Shown: one piece after another, positions 57,278 to 64,000 of the stretch
Layout: every line of letters begins with the position of its first letter
Numbering within the stretch: position 1 is the stretch's first letter
Assembly (NCBI RefSeq): GCF_009914755.1
Contig: NC_060932.1
Source: the human T2T-CHM13v2.0 reference genome, Homo sapiens
DNA: 64,000 nt
Reading direction: 5' to 3' (one strand)
The notes under the pieces: model-generated
The model's input: the letters and a program-made list of their open reading frames with translations, nothing else
Databases searched by the model: none
What the model was told of the DNA's origin: nothing
Translations under genes and position numbers: made by a program

Positions 57278-57628
57278 AGAGACAGGGACTCCGTCCCTTG
57301 CTCAGGCTGGAGTGCAGTGATGTGATCATAGCTCACAGTAGTAACCTTGAACTCCTGGGTGCCAGCAGTCCCACCTCAGCTTCCCAAGTAGCTGGGACTA
57401 CAGGCATATGCCACCGTGCCTGTGGAGACAGTGGTGTGGTCTCTAATTTTTAAATTTTGAATATTTAAAATTTTTTTAATTAAATTTTTAAATCTTTTAC
57501 ATTTTTAATTTTTAAAAAAATTTAAATTTTTTGTTTGTAGAGACAGCCTCTCACTGTGTTACCCAGGCTGGCCTTGAACTCCTGACCTCAGGCGATCCTC
57601 CCTTCTCTGCCTCCCAAAGCACTGGAAT
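57278..57628 (-). mobile_element. AluJ-like with expanded AT-rich linker and (CA)n tail
   Basis: GATCATAGCTCAC, CCCAGGCTGGCCTTGAACTCCTG; AT-rich block at 57444-57532. Confidence 0.85.
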
Positions 57629-58439
57629 TGGTCAGCGCTTCTTCGACATACTGTACCCACCTCAGCAATTTTTGAGTGAACGCTTTTTTTTTTCTCCTGC
57701 AAAATATTTAACATTCCCTACTTGTTATTTGGGCACAAATAATTCTGTCCCCAAAGTGGATTCATCTGCATTCTGTGATAGTTTATTTATTGAACATACA
57801 GCACACAGAAGCAGTTTGCTTTCCTCTAACGTTACCAATACCTGAAATATGCTTACGAAGAGAAACTGGTGTCTGTATCCCAGTGAGCATGTGCCATATG
57901 CGCATGGCGGCTGCTCTCCCAGGCGTTGGCTTGTGGCTCCTGCACAGTCATCTTGTCAGCATCACAGGCCCACATAGAGACCAGGCACTCCAGGGCCGCT
58001 CTGCCTAGATTAGAGCTGGAGGAAGAGAAAATACTAACCCAGGCAGCAGTGGCCATTAGCCCACCCAGAACCAAATGCCTACACCCAAAACGGATGCATT
58101 CACATCTTAGGAAATAGTGCCTGTTTCCATATAATTTTAAAAACACTGCCTCACCTTTTTTGCTAACAATTATATTAGGAACTTTAAAATTGTATTTTGA
58201 TTTGAAAATCTAGAGACTTACATTAAGGTAAGTGGAAAGTAAATTATAGCTATGCAGGATCAGCTTTTTTTAAAAAAATCAGTTTTTAATGAGACTGAAA
58301 ATGTCCACTTATGATATTTCTTCTTTCTCTACTATCCTTAAGTTGGCATACCATGGTTTATAGCTAAAATAATAAATGGTAGTGATAAATGTGATAAATG
58401 TACATTTTTTTAAAAGCAGAGGTTAGAAATGGGAAAATC

Positions 58440-58745
58440 TTTTTTTTTTTTTTTTTTTTTTTTGAGACAGAGTTTCACTCTTGTTGCCCAGTCTGGAGTG
58501 CAGTGGCGCGATCTTGGCTCATTGCAACCTCCGCCTCCAGGTTCAAGTGATTCTCCTGCCTCAGCCTGCTGAGTAGCTAGGATTACAGGTGCCCACCACC
58601 ACATGTGGCTAATTTTTGTATTTTCAGCAGAGATGGGTTTTCCCCATGTTGGCCAGGCTGGTCTTGAACTCCTGACCTCAGATGATCCCCCACCTCAGCC
58701 TCCCAAAGTGCTGGGATTACAGGCATGAGCCACCGCGCGCAGCCG
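58440..58745 (-). mobile_element. Alu with TSD AAATGGGAAAATCTT
   Basis: Poly(T), antisense dimer, TSD on both sides. Confidence 0.96.
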
Positions 58746-60934
58746 AAAATGGGAAAATCTTAATCGTCTGTGCACACCTCACTAACATATCCAGATGAAG
58801 GGAGTGAACATTAGTCGCAGTGTTCGTTCCAGCAAGAAATGGGACCACTGTTTTAATCTAAAAGGTGATGATAGTTCCCACTCTTCTCCTATGTTACCCT
58901 TCTGTCCACATCTGAAACATCCAGTCATGACTATGTACCATCAGTGGTCCTCATTAATTGATTGATGGTGATATTTTAGCCAACATATCAGCAAATGTTC
59001 TTTGCTGATTCTGTCTCCCCCATCCCCAACAGTTTGATTTGTTGTTATTCTGCAGCTACTGCCCATGTGGAGTGAGCCACAGTCAATGGAAATCATAACA
59101 CATGGGGAGTCTTGTTGCCAGGTAGGGAAGGTAAGCACACTACCCTGCATGGTAAAATTCACTCACTACAGTGGTAATCAGCTGTCACCAACTTGTGACA
59201 TTGATGCCTTGCATTGCACTGATTGGTGGAGGAAGAATAGGGGTCATCAGCACTTACTGGTGTTAACCATCTGCTAAGTAAGGACTTACTTAAAGCTAGT
59301 GCAGGTATTCCTATTCTCTGAATTTCAGCTGTAGGACTCACTAATCACTTAACTGGCAGATGGTTGACAGACAGCTGACTTCTGCTGTCAGTCAGGAAGC
59401 AGTGCTAGGAATTGAAATTATTTCCTTGAACTCTGATTTTTCTTAGATGAAATAAGCAGGGTTCTCGCTTCAGTTCTTAGTGGGATAGAGCCTTTGGTAC
59501 AGTGTGTAAACTCTCCAAACCTGTTTCCTCCTGTTTACCATATAAAGGCTGAATAAAATAGATTTTGATTTCTCTGTTTTCATAAGACATAGAATTTTTT
59601 ATGTGACTGTTATAATCAGGCAAAAATTTAGAACAAGTACTGTTATTGGACTGAAAGCTCCTATTCCATCTTTTTAGATTCCACACATGTGATCTAGTGT
59701 ATGGTACTAATTGCATTTATGATGAAGAAATTCTAAAATCACAGATGTTGATTAATTTAAAAATAGAACATATGCATTTTTATTAAGCTGTTGAGTTACA
59801 GGGTTTGGGCACCACTTCCTGATTTTCTGGCACAATCCAGTGGTAATGAGAATTGTGAGTGCAATGTCAGCATCATGCAGAGATGAAATTAGGGGACCCA
59901 TTTGTCTTTTGGCTGCTTTTTGCAGAGATTCTTTTACACAACCTATCTATTCCTAGTTTAGTCAGACCTCTAATTTACCTGGATTTTTCTGTGATACAAA
60001 CTTCAGTTTTCCCCAGTGGGATCTCCCCGTCTTATTTCTTCCAAGAGAACTAGTTAGGTGATTGGTTGCAAGAGGTACTGTGGGACATTTTGGTACAGTT
60101 AGATAATGTGTGCACCATCATGTGCCAGCATTTTATGAGTAGGACTGCGCTTTTCTAGAATTGCTAGATGTAGGTGTGAGAGAAGCTTGAATGTTGCATA
60201 TATTTAATTCTCTTTAAAAATATGTTTCTTGTGTATGTTGTGTTTTCTACTATCTAAAACTGTAATCCACATCAAAACTGCTTATCAAATCTCCTGGATG
60301 CTTGCGTAAGAATTGAAATAGATAAAAAAGCATCTGCAAATTAACATGCCAGGACTTTTTCTGGTTTCTAGCTGTCCCACTTCACACTGTGGGAATAGTC
60401 CTGGCTCCCTCCAGCCTGGGAAACTTTGCGTGGTGCTTTCATCTTTGTAACACTTCCTTCTCTCTCATAGCACCAGGAGCAGGGCCTGTTTGCACTGCAG
60501 TGAATGAGATAATTTTCCAAGGTGGGAGTGCGATGCACCAGGGATTAGCTGATATTTAAAGAATATGAATGAAAGCAGCAAACACCTCACCAGGGCAGGC
60601 TGCACGAGCCTTTGGGCAGTTATTCCCTTGTAGGATTTGAAGTTTTATTGGCAGCTGATTAGGTAAACTGGAGTCGTTTGTCCCCTAGGTGCGTCCCTAC
60701 CCAAGAGGAGAGGTGGCCAGTAAATGTCAGCTGAGGCACCGAAGGCTGCGATGCACCAGCCCGGTGCCCTGTGAGGACGGCCACATCAATAGTGGTAACA
60801 CTCAGTGAGTGCGAGTTTGCTTTTCAGACCTAATGATTACTTCAAGTCAGGGATTTTAACTTTGTCAGAAACTTGAGTTGTAAAACAGATTGGTCTGCTG
60901 AAAACTTCCCTGTTAATCAAGAGCCTTCATTTTC

Positions 60935-61115
60935 TTTTTATTTATTTATTTTTTATTTATTTTTATAACTTTTTTTATATATATTTTTTATTATTATACT
61001 TTAAGTTCTAGGGTACATGTGCACAACGTGCAAGTTTGTTACATATGTAAACATGTGCCATATTGGTATGCTGCACCCATTAAGTCGTCATTTACATTAG
61101 GTATATCTCCTAATG
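60935..61115 (-). mobile_element. Young L1PA extreme 3' fragment with perfect 16-bp TSD
   Basis: TTATACTTTAAGTTCTAGGGTACATGTGCACAACGTGC...ATATCTCCTAATG; AAGAGCCTTCATTTTC at 60919-60934 and 61116-61131. Confidence 0.95.
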
Positions 61116-61214
61116 AAGAGCCTTCATTTTCAATCTGGAATACATCACTAATTCTTAAACCCCTGACCTCTTTCTGCTTTGATTTTTTTACCTAATAGAA
61201 CCAATACGAAATCC

Positions 61215-61450
61215 AAACACTTACATAGTTTGCTATTGCCAGGCACTGGTTTAGCTATTTTACATGTATTACCTCATTTAATCCTCCTAACAGCTCTGAG
61301 GTAGGTTCTGTTATTATGCCATTTTATAGATGAGGAGACTGAGGCATAGAGAGATGAAATACTTTGATTAGGGTCACACAAGCTAATAAAGTAGTGAAGC
61401 AGGTACTTGCATCCAATCAGACTGATTCTAGAATTCCCTTCTCTTGACTG
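61215..61450 (-). mobile_element. MIR
   Basis: CTCATTTAATCCTC...CCATTTTATAGATGAGGAGACTGAGGCATAGAGAG..GGTCACAC core. Confidence 0.85.
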
Positions 61451-61689
61451 CTATACTGTAGTGTCTTCAAAAAATGTAATGCACATCTCCCTTATTTCTT
61501 TGCATTTGGTTTGACTATGTGAATACACATTTCCCCTTTTATGGGAGATGTTTGAACCAATGAATATGAATACTATTTTTCTGGGCTTAGATATGTTTTG
61601 GGGGGCTTGAATAAAGCACCTCATCTGTGCTACTTGTGAATTACTTTCTAGAGCAGCATGAGTTCACACCTAGATAACATGTGTTCTCA

Positions 61690-61820
61690 GAGGCACTGCA
61701 TATACTCATACAAGTGAATAATGTGCAATCCTAGGGGTGCCACTTACATAGACTACCGTGGTCATGATGACCCCTGAGATTGTTCAGTGTGCAGCCTGTG
61801 CAACTGTCTGTGCAGCCCTT
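61690..61820. mobile_element. MER91-like palindromic MITE
   Basis: GGGGTGCCACTTACATAGACTAC...ACCCCTGAGATTGTTCAGTGTGCAGCCTGTGCAAC...GCAGCCCT. Confidence 0.6.
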
Positions 61821-63298
61821 CAAAAGCTGCCTGACAGCCTTATTTAGATAACTTTCAGGAACATACAGAAAACAAATATATCTCTGGTAATAGTTCATGC
61901 TTTATAGGCTTACCTCAGTGCATCGAAGCTACCTTTCAGTTAAAAATGTATGAATGAAAAAATAAAAATATGTTATGTAGGAAATGTCTGTATATTAAAA
62001 TATCCATATAAAAGCAGCAGCTACCAGGTAAATAAAGAAGCTGTTAGGGTGGCAGCTGAACAATCAAACTAAGTACCTGCACTCATTTCTAATTTAGATG
62101 GACCTTAGTAGCCAGACTATGGATGTTACACTTAACAAAATCATCAGCTTTGTAACTTTGCAAATTAGACACTGACACAATAGAATCAGAAAATAAAAAC
62201 CAAATGGAAATATTTCAGCTGTCATTTAGCTTGAAACAAGCAAAACTCACTCACACATCAGACTTCAGGGCATCATGGATGCTCTTTAATGAAGAGCATT
62301 GTGGTTAAAAATCAGGCAACACTTGGAAATTTTTATGAGACAGGGGCAGAATACTTTATGGATGAAGTGAAACAGAGCCCTCAAACTGTTTTTATCAATT
62401 AAGGATATTCAATATTACATGAGTTATGTAGCATTTATACTACTTAGTTTTAGGAAATAATGAGTTAACTGGCTAAAATAAAAAGCTCTCTTTTTAAGGA
62501 GCTTTAATTAGGTAAAAGTCAATGCTTAATAGCCTGTTAAAGCATTATTTTAAAAATTAGTGGAGTGGAATTCATTGTAAGCTGACAATCTTAAGTTGGT
62601 GTGGTGTAGGTCTCTGCAATTATGATGGTTATTGCCACCTTTATTAAGGGAGGAGGGCTAGCACGGGGCTTCATGTGGAGTTCAGAGCACACTTGAATTC
62701 CATTCCCTTAACTGTTCACAGCAGTGCTGTGTGCATCAGCAGTCATCAGGGCTGTGGCAGGGTGTCAGCAAAGTGACATATAACCACACTCTCTCTCGCT
62801 ACTGTGTCGCTCTTCATTTAGTAAGTTCAGTGTTAATAGTAGGATGAGGATTTAAGCATCTTGAGGGCAGGATGTTTTATCTGTTTCTTGACTGCTCTAT
62901 CCCCAGGGCCTGGCACCCAGTGAAATGAATGAACTGTTTCCTGATCTGACTGCATGCACGCTCTGTGTACTCATGAGGCATAGGTCTGTTTCTGTGAACA
63001 GCTTTACTATATGTGATGTCTTCTAATGACTTGGACTTCTTTTAATATTGTACTTATTTTTATTTTATATTGTGACCTTGAGGCCAGTTAGCCACCCAGG
63101 TTTCATCTGACAGACATGTTTCATAGTTGATTAGAGCAATTAAAGTTTTATCTATTGGATAAAATTCAAAAGTCATCGGCCATCTGTGAAAACCACTGCA
63201 CTATGGACCACAGACCAAGGAGGATTTTCATCTTATGAAAAACAAAGAAATTATATTAAGATCCTAATACCAGAAGGTGGACATTCCTTTACAGAGAA

Positions 63299-63620
63299 TG
63301 TCTTAGTTTGCTCAGGTTGCTATAACAAAATATCTCAGGCTGAGTAATATATAAACAACAGAAATTGATTGCTCACAGTTTTGGAGTCTAAGATCAAGGC
63401 CCCAGCAGAGTTGGTGTCCAGTGAGGGCTCCTTCCCCATAGATGGTGCCTTCTATGTGGGTTCACAAGGCAGAAGGGACAAGGCAGCTCTCTGGGGCTCT
63501 TTTCTAAGAGCCTGATCAAAAGCACTGATCCCATTCATGAGGTTGCAGCCTTTGTATCCTAATCATCTCCCAAAGGCCCCATGTTCTAATACCATCACCA
63601 TGCTGATTAGGTGAATTTTT
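63299..63620 (-). mobile_element. MaLR LTR (MLT1A/MST-like)
   Basis: TGTCTTAGTTTGCTCAGGTTGCTATAACAAAAT...GCACTGATCCCATTCATGAGG...TAATACCATCAC. Confidence 0.85.
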
Positions 63621-64000
63621 TTTCTGCTATGATCTTATTGTTAACATAAGAATCACTTCAGTAACATAAAATATGATATTCATTAAGCATGGTGGCCAAG
63701 TTAGCATTATATTAGCTCTAATTAGCTATAATTGAATTTTTATATTTTATGCAATTAAATTGTCAAAACCAACCATTACTATATATATTAATAACACAAC
63801 TGTGAACTTTAAAAGTGTTAGTAATTCAGTCTTCTAGGACTCCTGGATTCTCAGAAATCATTTGCACATAGTTTTTGTCATTCTGAAGAGTGCCCATTTC
63901 ACAGATGAAAAAACTAAGGCACAGAGCAGTTCTGTGGGGCCCAGGAGTTAACTAACAAATGTAACTGAAGACTCATGATTCCAGGTATTGTGTTCTTTCT

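Overview
Primate (almost certainly human) genomic DNA, not prokaryotic. No credible protein-coding exon is present; the listed ORFs are Alu, L1, Tigger, microsatellite or CpG-island artefacts. The window holds a CpG-island promoter (~11.7-12.8 kb) with an ATG-free first exon on the + strand (donor at 12293), a ~36.8-kb first intron and a second non-coding exon at 49110-49207 (alternative donor at 49182). From memory this architecture fits the 5' UTR of FAM110B (chr8q12), whose CDS would lie beyond the window; the assignment is unverified. The rest is repeat-rich: about 15 Alus, an LTR2 solo LTR with TSD, MaLR/MLT2/ERV LTRs, a full-length Tigger1 with nested MER1B and Alu, L1 fragments (one with a twin-priming inversion), L2/MIR/MER relics and microsatellites. 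The most unusual signal is a ~197-bp, ~94%-identical inverted duplication (17365-17561 vs 17920-18115) that matches no repeat family I recognise. It was inserted into an L2 and overlaps a candidate exon. I see no convincing evidence of a new multi-gene system.
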